Source: Nitrosopumilus sp.
GTDB lineage: Archaea > Thermoproteota > Nitrososphaeria > Nitrososphaerales > Nitrosopumilaceae
Assembly (NCBI GenBank): GCA_965249555.1
Contig: OZ252243.1
Coordinates: 640,001-704,000, forward strand
Direction: 5' to 3'
DNA length: 64,000 nt
The position numbers were made by a program, and so were the translations under genes. Shown piece by piece: positions 61,701-64,000 of the stretch. The notes beneath the pieces were generated by a model that did not search any database, was not told the DNA's origin, and saw only the letters and a program-made list of their open reading frames with translations. How positions within the stretch are numbered: position 1 is the stretch's first letter; every line of letters starts with the position of its first letter.

Positions 61701-64000
61701 GTTCTGTGTAGGTGTCAGTTGCAGTCAACTCTATTGTTGTATCAGATCCTGTTGGTGTGATTACTGGCGCTGTGGTGTCAAGTGTGATGAGTACTGCTGG
61801 TGATGGATCAGATGTGTTGACTCCATCAGATGCTCTTGCAGTAAATGAGTTGCCACCCTCATCTAGTTCAACTCCTGCAAATGAGAAATTCCCCGAATCA
61901 TCGGCAGTTGTCGTACCAGCTGGTGTCACCCCATTGAATAGTTGTATAGTTGCCCCGGCCTCAGTTGAAGTACCATCAATTGTGATTGGTGTAGAGCCAA
62001 CAGTTGCAGGTGGCGTGGTAATTGCAGGAACTGGTGGCGGTGTGGTATCAGTTACTTTGTATGTTCTGGTTTTATCACCAGCCGGGTTTGTACCATCAGT
62101 TGAGGAATAAGTGATAGTGTAATCGCCTACTGTGCCAACATCAACAGTTCCAGATATGGTGATTGGAGAGCCATCATCAGTTGATACTCCATCAAGAAGT
62201 ACCGGTGCAGGTGAGTCTAGTTCAAGGGTGATCTCTTCTGGAGTTACTGTGATTACCGGCGGCGTAACATCAGGTCCTACTGTTACAGTTTCAGTGATTG
62301 TTCTGCTTTGTTCATTGTTGTCAGTTACGGTGTAAGTTACAGCATATTCTCCAGAAGCGTTGACATTGACTGTTTTGCCGCCAACCATACCAGGTGCAGT
62401 TCCTGAGATATCAAATGCATTGGCAATCGTACCTTGGGCGTATGTTCCGCCAAATGGCACTGTAGTGGAATAGTCATCTGTGTTACCATCAACATCAAAG
62501 GTTGGCGGTGTGGTATCAGATACGGTAATTACAATTGATTGTTGGTCCGGTGTGTTGCCTGCCGCATCATCTGGCGCATCATACAATACGGTGTAAACTC
62601 CTATACTACTGGTGTCAGGTGTATCACCAGAGGGTGTTGCCGTTTCAGAGTAATCTGGGTCATTATCAGTTACGGTGCCGCCTTGTTCTGTGTAGGTGTC
62701 AGTTGCAGTCAACTCTATTGTTGTATCAGATCCTGTTGGTGTGATTACTGGTGCTGTAACATCAGGTCCTACTGTTACAGTCTGAGTGATTGTTCTGCTT
62801 TGTTCATTGTTGTCAGTTACGGTGTAAGTTACAGCATATTCTCCAGAAGCGTTGACATTGACTGTTTTGCCGCCAACCATACCAGGTGCAGTTCCTGAGA
62901 TATCAAATGCATTGGCAATCATACCTTGGGCGTATGTTCCGCCAAATGGCACTGTAGTGGAATAGTCATCTGTGTTACCATCAACGTCAAAGGTTGGCGG
63001 TGTGGTATCAGATACGGTAATTACAATTGATTGTTGGTCCGGTGTGTTGCCTGCCGCATCATCTGGCGCATCATACAATACGGTGTAGACTCCTATACTA
63101 CTGGTGTCAGGTGTATCACCAGAGGGTGTTGCCGTTTCAGAGTAATCTGGGTCATTATCAGTTACGGTGCCGCCTTGTTCTGTGTAGGTGTCAGTTGCAG
63201 TCAACTCTATTGTTGTATCAGATCCTGTTGGTGTGATTACTGGCGCTGTGGTGTCAAGTGTGATGAGTACTGCTGGTGATGGATCAGATGTGTTGACTCC
63301 ATCAGATGCTCTTGCAGTAAATGAGTTGCCACCCTCATCTAGTTCAACTCCTGCAAATGAGAAATTTCCCGAATCATCGGCAGTTGTCGTACCAGCTGGT
63401 GTCATCCCATTGAATAGTTGTATAGTTGCTCCGGCCTCAGTTGAAGTACCATCAATTGTGATTGGTGTAGAGCCAACAGTTGCAGGTGGCGTGGTAATTG
63501 CAGGAACTGGTGGCGGTGTGGTATCAGTTACTTTGTATGTTCTGGTTTTATCACCAGCCGGGTTTGTACCATCAGTTGAGGAATAAGTGATAGTGTAATC
63601 GCCTACTGTGCCAACATCAACAGTTCCAGATATGGTGATTGGAGAGCCATCATCAGTTGATACTCCATCAAGAAGTACCGGTGCAGGTGAGTCTAGTTCA
63701 AGGGTGATCTCTTCTGGAGTTACTGTGATTACTGGCGGCGTAACATCAGGTCCTACTGTTACAGTTTCAGTGATTGTTCTGCTTTGTTCATTGTTGTCAG
63801 TTACGGTGTAAGTTACAGCATATTCTCCAGAAGCGTTGACATTGACTGTTTTGCCGCCAACCATACCAGGTGCAGTTCCTGAGATATCAAATGCATTGGC
63901 AATCGTACCTTGGGCGTATGTTCCGCCAAATGGCACTGTAGTGGAATAGTCATCTGTGTTACCATCAACGTCAAAGGTTGGCGGTGTGGTATCAGATACG
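34714..64000 (-). CDS. giant Ig-like repeat surface protein (>9,700 aa, 5' end outside the window)
   Basis: Uninterrupted frame that stays open to the window edge; Thr/Asp-rich DUF5011-like and Big-type domains delimited by DTTPP/DTTAP; unique C-terminal domain of about 330 aa. Confidence 0.95.
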   Translation of the reverse strand, partial: VSDTTPPTFDVDGNTDDYSTTVPFGGTYAQGTIANAFDISGTAPGMVGGKTVNVNASGEYAVTYTVTDNNEQSRTITETVTVGPDVTPPVITVTPEEITLELDSPAPVLLDGVSTDDGSPITISGTVDVGTVGDYTITYSSTDGTNPAGDKTRTYKVTDTTPPPVPAITTPPATVGSTPITIDGTSTEAGATIQLFNGMTPAGTTTADDSGNFSFAGVELDEGGNSFTARASDGVNTSDPSPAVLITLDTTAPVITPTGSDTTIELTATDTYTEQGGTVTDNDPDYSETATPSGDTPDTSSIGVYTVLYDAPDDAAGNTPDQQSIVITVSDTTPPTFDVDGNTDDYSTTVPFGGTYAQGMIANAFDISGTAPGMVGGKTVNVNASGEYAVTYTVTDNNEQSRTITQTVTVGPDVTAPVITPTGSDTTIELTATDTYTEQGGTVTDNDPDYSETATPSGDTPDTSSIGVYTVLYDAPDDAAGNTPDQQSIVITVSDTTPPTFDVDGNTDDYSTTVPFGGTYAQGTIANAFDISGTAPGMVGGKTVNVNASGEYAVTYTVTDNNEQSRTITETVTVGPDVTPPVITVTPEEITLELDSPAPVLLDGVSTDDGSPITISGTVDVGTVGDYTITYSSTDGTNPAGDKTRTYKVTDTTPPPVPAITTPPATVGSTPITIDGTSTEAGATIQLFNGVTPAGTTTADDSGNFSFAGVELDEGGNSFTARASDGVNTSDPSPAVLITLDTTAPVITPTGSDTTIELTATDTYTEQGGTVTDNDPDYSETATPSGDTPDTSSIGVYTVLYDAPDDAAGNTPDQQSIVITVSDTTPPTFDVDGNTDDYSTTVSFGGTYTQGMIANAFDISGTAPGIVGGKTVNVNASGEYAVTYTVTDNNEQSRTITETVTVGPDVTAPVITPTGSDTTIELTATDTYTEQGGTVTDNDPDYSETATPSGDTPDTSSIGVYTVLYDAPDDAAGNTPDQQSIVITVSDTTPPTFDVDGNTDDYSTTVPFGGTYAQGTIANAFDISGTAPGMVGGKTVNVNASGEYAVTYTVTDNNEQSRTITETVTVGPDVTPPVITVTPEEITLELDSPAPVLLDGVSTDDGSPITISGTVDVGTVGDYTITYSSTDGTNPAGDKTRTYKVTDTTPPPVPAITTPPATVGSTPITIDGTSTEAGATIQLFNGVTPAGTTTADDSGNFSFAGVELDEGGNSFTARASDGVNTSDPSPAVLITLDTTAPVITPTGSDTTIELTATDTYTEQGGTVTDNDPDYSETATPSGDTPDTSSIGVYTVLYDAPDDAAGNTPDQQSIVITVSDTTPPTFDVDGNTDDYSTTVPFGGTYAQGTIANAFDISGIKSSTVGGKTVNVNASGEYAVTYTVTDNNEQSRTITETVTVGPDVTPPVITPTGSDTTIELTATDTYTEQGGTVTDNDPDYSETATPSGDTPDTSSIGVYTVLYDAPDDAAGNTPDQQSIVITVSDTTPPTFDVDGNTDDYSTTVPFGGTYAQGTIANAFDISGTAPGMVGGKTVNVNASGEYAVTYTVTDNNEQSRTITETVTVGPDVTPPVITVTPEEITLELDSPAPVLLDGVSTDDGSPITISGTVDVGTVGDYTITYSSTDGTNPAGDKTRTYKVTDTTPPPVPAITTPPATVGSTPITIDGTSTEAGATIQLFNGVTPAGTTTADDSGNFSFAGVELDEGGNSFTARASDGVNTSDPSPAVLITLDTTAPVITPTGSDTTIELTATDTYTEQGGTVTDNDPDYSETATPSGDTPDTSSIGVYTVLYDAPDDAAGNTPDQQSIVITVSDTTPPTFDVDGNTDDYSTTVPFGGTYAQGTIANAFDISGTAPGMVGGKTVNVNASGEYAVTYTVTDNNEQSRTITETVTVGPDVTAPVITPTGSDTTIELTATDTYTEQGGTVTDNDPDYSETATPSGDTPDTSSIGVYTVLYDAPDDAAGNTPDQQSIVITVSDTTPPTFDVDGNTDDYSTTVPFGGTYTQGTIANASDISGIKSSTVGGKTVNVNASGEYAVTYTVTDNNEQSRTITETVTVGPDVTPPVITPTGSDTTIELTATDTYTEQGGTVTDNDPDYSETATPSGDTPDTSSIGVYTVLYDAPDDAAGNTPDQQSIVITVSDTTPPTFDVDGNTDDYSTTVPFGGTYAQGTIANAFDISGTAPGMVGGKTVNVNASGEYAVTYTVTDNNEQSRTITQTVTVGPDVTPPVITVTPEEITLELDSPAPVLLDGVSTDDGSPITISGTVDVGTVGDYTITYSSTDGTNPAGDKTRTYKVTDTTPPPVPAITTPPATVGSTPITIDGTSTEAGATIQLFNGVTPAGTTTADDSGNFSFAGVELDEGGNSFTARATDGVNTSDPSPAVLITLDTIPPVITPTGSDTTIELTATDTYTEQGGTVTDNDPDYSETATPSGDTPDTSSIGVYTVLYDAPDDAAGNTPDQQSIVITVSDTTPPTFDVDGNTDDYSTTVPFGGTYTQGTIANASDISGIKSSTVGGKTVNVNASGEYAVTYTVTDNNEQSRTITETVTVGPDVTPPVITPTGSDTTIELTATDTYTEQGGTVTDNDPDYSETATPSGDTPDTSSIGVYTVLYDAPDDAAGNTPDQQSIVITVSDTTPPTFDVDGNTDDYSTTVPFGGTYAQGTIANAFDISGTAPGMVGGKTVNVNASGEYAVTYTVTDNNEQSRTITETVTVGPDVTPPVITVTPEEITLELDSPAPVLLDGVSTDDGSPITISGTVDVGTVGDYTITYSSTDGTNPAGDKTRTYKVTDTTPPPVPAITTPPATVGSTPITIDGTSTEAGATIQLFNGVTPAGTTTADDSGNFSFAGVELDEGGNSFTARATDGVNTSDPSPAVLITLDTIPPVITPTGSDTTIELTATDTYTEQGGTVTDNDPDYSETATPSGDTPDTSSIGVYTVLYDAPDDAAGNTPDQQSIVITVSDTTPPTFDVDGNTDDYSTTVPFGGTYTQGTIANASDISGIKSSTVGGKTVNVNASGEYAVTYTVTDNNEQSRTITETVTVGPDVTPPVITPTGSDTTIELTATDTYTEQGGTVTDNDPDYSETATPSGDTPDTSSIGVYTVLYDAPDDAAGNTPDQQSIVITVSDTTPPTFDVDGNTDDYSTTVPFGGTYTQGTIANAFDISGTAPGMVGGKTVNVNASGEYAVTYTVTDNNEQSRTITETVTVGPDVTPPVITVTPEEITLELDSPAPVLLDGVSTDDGSPITISGTVDVGTVGDYTITYSSTDGTNPAGDKTRTYKVTDTTPPPVPAITTPPATVGSTPITIDGTSTEAGATIQLFNGVTPAGTTTADDSGNFSFAGVELDEGGNSFTARATDGVNTSDPSPAVLITLDTIPPVITPTGSDTTIELTATDTYTEQGGTVTDNDPDYSETATPSGDTPDTSSIGVYTVLYDAPDDAAGNTPDQQSIVITVSDTTPPTFDVDGNTDDYSTTVPFGGTYTQGTIANASDISGIKSSTVGGKTVNVNASGEYAVTYTVTDNNEQSRTITETVTVGPDVTPPVITPTGSDTTIELTATDTYTEQGGTVTDNDPDYSETATPSGDTPDTSSIGVYTVLYDAPDDAAGNTPDQQSIVITVSDTTPPTFDVDGNTDDYSTTVPFGGTYTQGTIANAFDISGTAPGMVGGKTVNVNASGEYAVTYTVTDNNEQSRTITETVTVGPDVTPPVITVTPEEITLELDSPAPVLLDGVSTDDGSPITISGTVDVGTVGDYTITYSSTDGTNPAGDKTRTYKVTDTTPPPVPAITTPPATVGSTPITIDGTSTEAGATIQLFNGVTPAGTTTADDSGNFSFAGVELDEGGNSFTARATDGVNTSDPSPAVLITLDTIPPVITPTGSDTTIELTATDTYTEQGGTVTDNDPDYSETATPSGDTPDTSSIGVYTVLYDAPDDAAGNTPDQQSIVITVSDTTPPTFDVDGNTDDYSTTVPFGGTYTQGTIANASDISGIKSSTVGGKTVNVNASGEYAVTYTVTDNNEQSRTITETVTVGPDVTPPVITPTGSDTTIELTATDTYTEQGGTVTDNDPDYSETATPSGDTPDTSSIGVYTVLYDAPDDAAGNTPDQQSIVITVSDTTPPTFDVDGNTDDYSTTVPFGGTYAQGTIANAFDISGTAPGMVGGKTVNVNASGEYAVTYTVTDNNEQSRTITETVTVGPDVTPPVITVTPEEITLELDSPAPVLLDGVSTDDGSPITISGTVDVGTVGDYTITYSSTDGTNPAGDKTRTYKVTDTTPPPVPAITTPPATVGSTPITIDGTSTEAGATIQLFNGVTPAGTTTADDSGNFSFAGVELDEGGNSFTARATDGVNTSDPSPAVLITLDTIPPVITPTGSDTTIELTATDTYTEQGGTVTDNDPDYSETATPSGDTPDTSSIGVYTVLYDAPDDAAGNTPDQQSIVITVSDTTPPTFDVDGNTDDYSTTVPFGGTYTQGTIANASDISGIKSSTVGGKTVNVNASGEYAVTYTVTDNNEQSRTITETVTVGPDVTPPVITPTGSDTTIELTATDTYTEQGGTVTDNDPDYSETATPSGDTPDTSSIGVYTVLYDAPDDAAGNTPDQQSIVITVSDTTPPTFDVDGNTDDYSTTVPFGGTYAQGTIANAFDISGTAPGMVGGKTVNVNASGEYAVTYTVTDNNEQSRTITETVTVGPDVTPPVITVTPEEITLELDSPAPVLLDGVSTDDGSPITISGTVDVGTVGDYTITYSSTDGTNPAGDKTRTYKVTDTTPPPVPAITTPPATVGSTPITIDGTSTEAGATIQLFNGVTPAGTTTADDSGNFSFAGVELDEGGNSFTARATDGVNTSDPSPAVLITLDTIPPVITPTGSDTTIELTATDTYTEQGGTVTDNDPDYSETATPSGDTPDTSSIGVYTVLYDAPDDAAGNTPDQQSIVITVSDTTPPTFDVDGNTDDYSTTVPFGGTYTQGTIANASDISGIKSSTVGGKTVNVNASGEYAVTYTVTDNNEQSRTITETVTVGPDVTPPVITPTGSDTTIELTATDTYTEQGGTVTDNDPDYSETATPSGDTPDTSSIGVYTVLYDAPDDAAGNTPDQQSIVITVSDTTPPTFDVDGNTDDYSTTVPFGGTYTQGTIANAFDISGTAPGMVGGKTVNVNASGEYAVTYTVTDNNEQSRTITETVTVGPDVTPPVITVTPEEITLELDSPAPVLLDGVSTDDGSPITISGTVDVGTVGDYTITYSSTDGTNPAGDKTRTYKVTDTTPPPVPAITTPPATVGSTPITIDGTSTEAGATIQLFNGVTPAGTTTADDSGNFSFAGVELDEGGNSFTARATDGVNTSDPSPAVLITLDTIPPVITPTGSDTTIELTATDTYTEQGGTVTDNDPDYSETATPSGDTPDTSSIGVYTVLYDAPDDAAGNTPDQQSIVITVSDTTPPTFDVDGNTDDYSTTVPFGGTYTQGTIANASDISGIKSSTVGGKTVNVNASGEYAVTYTVTDNNEQSRTITETVTVGPDVTPPVITPTGSDTTIELTATDTYTEQGGTVTDNDPDYSETATPSGDTPDTSSIGVYTVLYDAPDDAAGNTPDQQSIVITVSDTTPPTFDVDGNTDDYSTTVPFGGTYAQGTIANAFDISGTAPGMVGGKTVNVNASGEYAVTYTVTDNNEQSRTITETVTVGPDVTPPVITVTPEEITLELDSPAPVLLDGVSTDDGSPITISGTVDVGTVGDYTITYSSTDGTNPAGDKTRTYKVTDTTPPPVPAITTPPATVGSTPITIDGTSTEAGATIQLFNGVTPAGTTTADDSGNFSFAGVELDEGGNSFTARATDGVNTSDPSPAVLITLDTIPPVITPTGSDTTIELTATDTYTEQGGTVTDNDPDYSETATPSGDTPDTSSIGVYTVLYDAPDDAAGNTPDQQSIVITVSDTTPPTFDVDGNTDDYSTTVPFGGTYAPGVINNQSDISGIKSSTVGGKTVNVNASGEYAVTYTVTDNNEQSRTITETVTVGPDVTPPVITPTGSDTTIELTATDTYTEQGGTVTDNDPDYSETATPSGDTPDTSSIGVYTVLYDAPDDAAGNTPDQQSIVITVSDTTPPTFDVDGNTDDYSTTVPFGGTYAQGTIANAFDISGTAPGMVGGKTVNVNASGEYAVTYTVTDNNEQSRTITETVTVGPDVTPPVITVTPEEITLELDSPAPVLLDGVSTDDGSPITISGTVDVGTVGDYTITYSSTDGTNPAGDKTRTYKVTDTTPPPVPAITTPPATVGSTPITIDGTSTEAGATIQLFNGVTPAGTTTADDSGNFSFAGVELDEGGNSFTARATDGVNTSDPSPAVLITLDTIPPVITPTGSDTTIELTATDTYTEQGGTVTDNDPDYSETATPSGDTPDTSSIGVYTVLYDAPDDAAGNTPDQQSIVITVSDTTPPTFDVDGNTDDYSTTVPFGGTYTQGTIANASDISGIKSSTVGGKTVNVNASGEYAVTYTVTDNNEQSRTITETVTVGPDVTPPVITPTGSDTTIELTATDTYTEQGGTVTDNDPDYSETATPSGDTPDTSSIGVYTVLYDAPDDAAGNTPDQQSIVITVSDTTPPTFDVDGNTDDYSTTVPFGGTYTQGTIANAFDISGTAPGMVGGKTVNVNASGEYAVTYTVTDNNEQSRTITETVTVGPDVTPPVITVTPEEITLELDSPAPVLLDGVSTDDGSPITISGTVDVGTVGDYTITYSSTDGTNPAGDKTRTYKVTDTTPPPVPAITTPPATVGSTPITIDGTSTEAGATIQLFNGVTPAGTTTADDSGNFSFAGVELDEGGNSFTARATDGVNTSDPSPAVLITLDTIPPVITPTGSDTTIELTATDTYTEQGGTVTDNDPDYSETATPSGDTPDTSSIGVYTVLYDAPDDAAGNTPDQQSIVITVSDTTPPTFDVDGNTDDYSTTVPFGGTYTPGVINNQSDISGIKSSTVGGKTVNVNASGEYAVTYTVTDNNEQSRTITETVTVGPDVTPPVITPTGSDTTIELTATDTYTEQGGTVTDNDPDYSETATPSGDTPDTSSIGVYTVLYDAPDDAAGNTPDQQSIVITVSDTTPPTFDVDGNTDDYSTTVPFGGTYAQGTIANAFDISGTAPGMVGGKTVNVNASGEYAVTYTVTDNNEQSRTITQTVTVGPDVTPPVITVTPEEITLELDSPAPVLLDGVSTDDGSPITISGTVDVGTVGDYTITYSSTDGTNPAGDKTRTYKVTDTTPPPVPAITTPPATVGSTPITIDGTSTEAGATIQLFNGVTPAGTTTADDSGNFSFAGVELDEGGNSFTARATDGVNTSDPSPAVLITLDTIPPVITPTGSDTTIELTATDTYTEQGGTVTDNDPDYSETATPSGDTPDTSSIGVYTVLYDAPDDAAGNTPDQQSIVITVSDTTPPTFDVDGNTDDYSTTVPFGGTYTQGTIANASDISGIKSSTVGGKTVNVNASGEYAVTYTVTDNNEQSRTITETVTVGPDVTPPVITPTGSDTTIELTATDTYTEQGGTVTDNDPDYSETATPSGDTPDTSSIGVYTVLYDAPDDAAGNTPDQQSIVITVSDTTPPTFDVDGNTDDYSTTVPFGGTYAQGTIANAFDISGTAPGMVGGKTVNVNASGEYAVTYTVTDNNEQSRTITETVTVGPDVTPPVITVTPEEITLELDSPAPVLLDGVSTDDGSPITISGTVDVGTVGDYTITYSSTDGTNPAGDKTRTYKVTDTTPPPVPAITTPPATVGSTPITIDGTSTEAGATIQLFNGVTPAGTTTADDSGNFSFAGVELDEGGNSFTARASDGVNTSDPSPAVLITLDTTAPVITPTGSDTTIELTATDTYTEQGGTVTDNDPAYPGTVAVSGDTPDTSSIGVYTVLYDAPDDAAGNTPDQQSIVITVSDTTPPTFDVDGNTDDYSTTVPFGGPYTQGVINNQSDISGIKSSTVGGKTVNVNASGEYAVTYTVTDNNEQSRTITETVTVGPDVTPPVITPTGSDTTIELTATDTYTEQGGTVTDNDPDYSETATPSGDTPDTSSIGVYTVLYDAPDDAAGNTPDQQSIVITVSDTTPPTFDVDGNTDDYSTTVPFGGPYTPGVINNQSDISGIKSSTVGDETVNVNASGEYAVTYTVTDNNGQVATITETVTVESDVTAPPVPAITTPPATVGASPITIDGGSTEAGATITLFNGATPAGTVTADGSGSFSFAGVVLDEGANSFTARASDGVNTSGPSPAIVITLDTIAPEAPIITTSPVTVGSSSFTIEGTAEAGTTVALLKGATSTGDTVAADSGSFSFTVTLTEGENSFTATASDGPNTSGASPAVLITLDTETPPVPAITTPSETVSLSSFTIEGTAEAGTTVELFNEGSTVDTITADGDGNFSFTVTLTDGENSFTATATDGPNTSASSSPVLITLDTIAPVITVDKDSFSVELGETYTAFTYSANDNTDGDITDNVVVGDTVDTSVANTYTVTFDVDDAAGNHAVTVTRTVTVTPDATVPTITVNEDSLSVELGGTYELFTFTANDNTDGIITGEVTVAGYPADTDTAGTYDVTFDVDDAVGNHAVTVARTVTVTDTTAPVITPAGSTQTIELTQTNTYTEQGAIVTDNDPVYTGTVAVTGATPDTRVVKEYTVLYNAPDDAAGNTPDEKSIVITVVDTTAPEAPEITTSPATVNTPSFTIEGTAEAGTTVALLKGATSTGDTVAADGDGNFSFTGVALDEGENSFTATASDGPNTSASSSPVLITLDTTAPEAPEITTSPATVNTPSITIEGTAEAGTTVELFKGGTSTGDTVTADSGSFSFTVTLTDGENSFTATASDGPNTSDASSPVLITLDTIPPEAPIITTPPATVNTPSFTIEGTAEAGTTVALLKGATSTGDTVTADSGSFSFTVTLTKGANSFTVTASDGPNTSASSSPILITLDTTAPAVPAITTPPATVNTPSITIDGTAEAGTTVELFRGGTTVDTVTADSGSFSFTVTLTDGENSFTATASDGPNTSAASPAIVITLDTIAPVITVDKDSFSVELGETYTAFTYSANDNTDGDITDNVVVGDTVDTSVDNTYNVTFDVDDAAGNHAVTVTRTVTVTADTTVPSITVNEESFSIELGETYTPFTFTATDNTDGVITDDVSVGGDTVDTSEVGTYDVTFDVDDAAGNPAVTVTRTVTVTADTTAPTLPDTEKPVITPAGSSEIIELTQTNTYTIPDATVTDNNQAYSGTVTVTGDTPDTSSIGEYTVLYDAPDDAAGNTPDQKSITITVVDTTAPTFDVDGHTVDYSTAVPFDGTYTPGVIANESDISGIASSLVGGETVNANTSRDYVVTYTVTDSNGQVATITETVTVESDTTAPPVPAIATSPAIVSSSPITIEGGSTEAGATIELFNGATPAGTVIADGSGNFSFTEVALDEGENSFTATASDGVNTSAASPSIVITLDTTAVGGTASVPSGTETPKKKGGDSNEWKTKPTFGKHWNNQAVQLVDDGFVFNGMPLTITNNWHTDFNMTSSIIGDNNTVHIKGYATNGLKSVSLSLGVPEVGLKTNAESHIIVNVNSNYTSPAGYDIADIVHEQKEGLVNQNMTGATISKVKCTSSDTAERCFDVTISFVIMAPLSHEVLAINAVDKQRYSTTTYINEGVEFVGEALLAAATHELKQKHGNQNPFETISLTQQDRRYQVWEDQYGYIWSQNDYGTWLQITRPDIQQRDDSPTSVMTRIHSNFANLVIDEQDRATLIFDSKAIQGTLDESFSYDMPLRLDRVSDPALLESLSIQEMLAREMLCDCMIYDDSDFSWND
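39620..64000 (-). repeat. tandem array of 492-bp modules in a 1476-bp super-repeat
   Basis: 16 A modules and 33 B modules counted from shadow-ORF periodicity; one unit spans 1968 bp because of an extra B module near 58.1 kb. Confidence 0.97.

Noticed and set aside
35681-63811. Many plus-strand ORFs repeated at 492 and 1476 bp
   Set aside because: Antisense shadows of the giant gene

Overview
AT-rich archaeal DNA, most likely a Nitrosopumilaceae-type thaumarchaeote (inferred from the NuoA/NuoB sequences and gene families). 1-5.8 kb: CRISPR array (48 repeats of 36 bp, 47 spacers, type I-G/I-U-like, transcribed on the minus strand) with cas2 and a cas4-cas1 fusion, and no interference genes in the window. 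6.1-7.1 kb: nuoB-nuoA without nuoC. 7-34.6 kb: a decaying mobile/defence island with IS110, IS6, IS66 and IS1595 remnants, tyrosine integrase pseudogenes, several toxin-antitoxin pairs, DUF3800, TIR, Fic and a two-component system. 34.7-64 kb: one giant (>9,700 aa, start outside the window) Ig-repeat surface protein built from 492-bp modules. Three CRISPR-related signals stand out. (1) A degenerate repeat-spacer-repeat mini-CRISPR with a covarying hairpin lies inside an IS6 element, just upstream of a TA-like operon, with a candidate seed match over that operon's TATA box. (2) Two clear and one eroded 36-37 bp duplications flank 36-39 bp inserts outside the array, the geometry expected from off-target Cas1-Cas2 integration; one frameshifts an integrase. 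(3) A duplicated spacer matches the adjacent nuoA with only synonymous mismatches and a TTC PAM. Coordinates and counts were obtained by eye and may be off by 1-2 bp; family calls are from motif recognition, not database searches.
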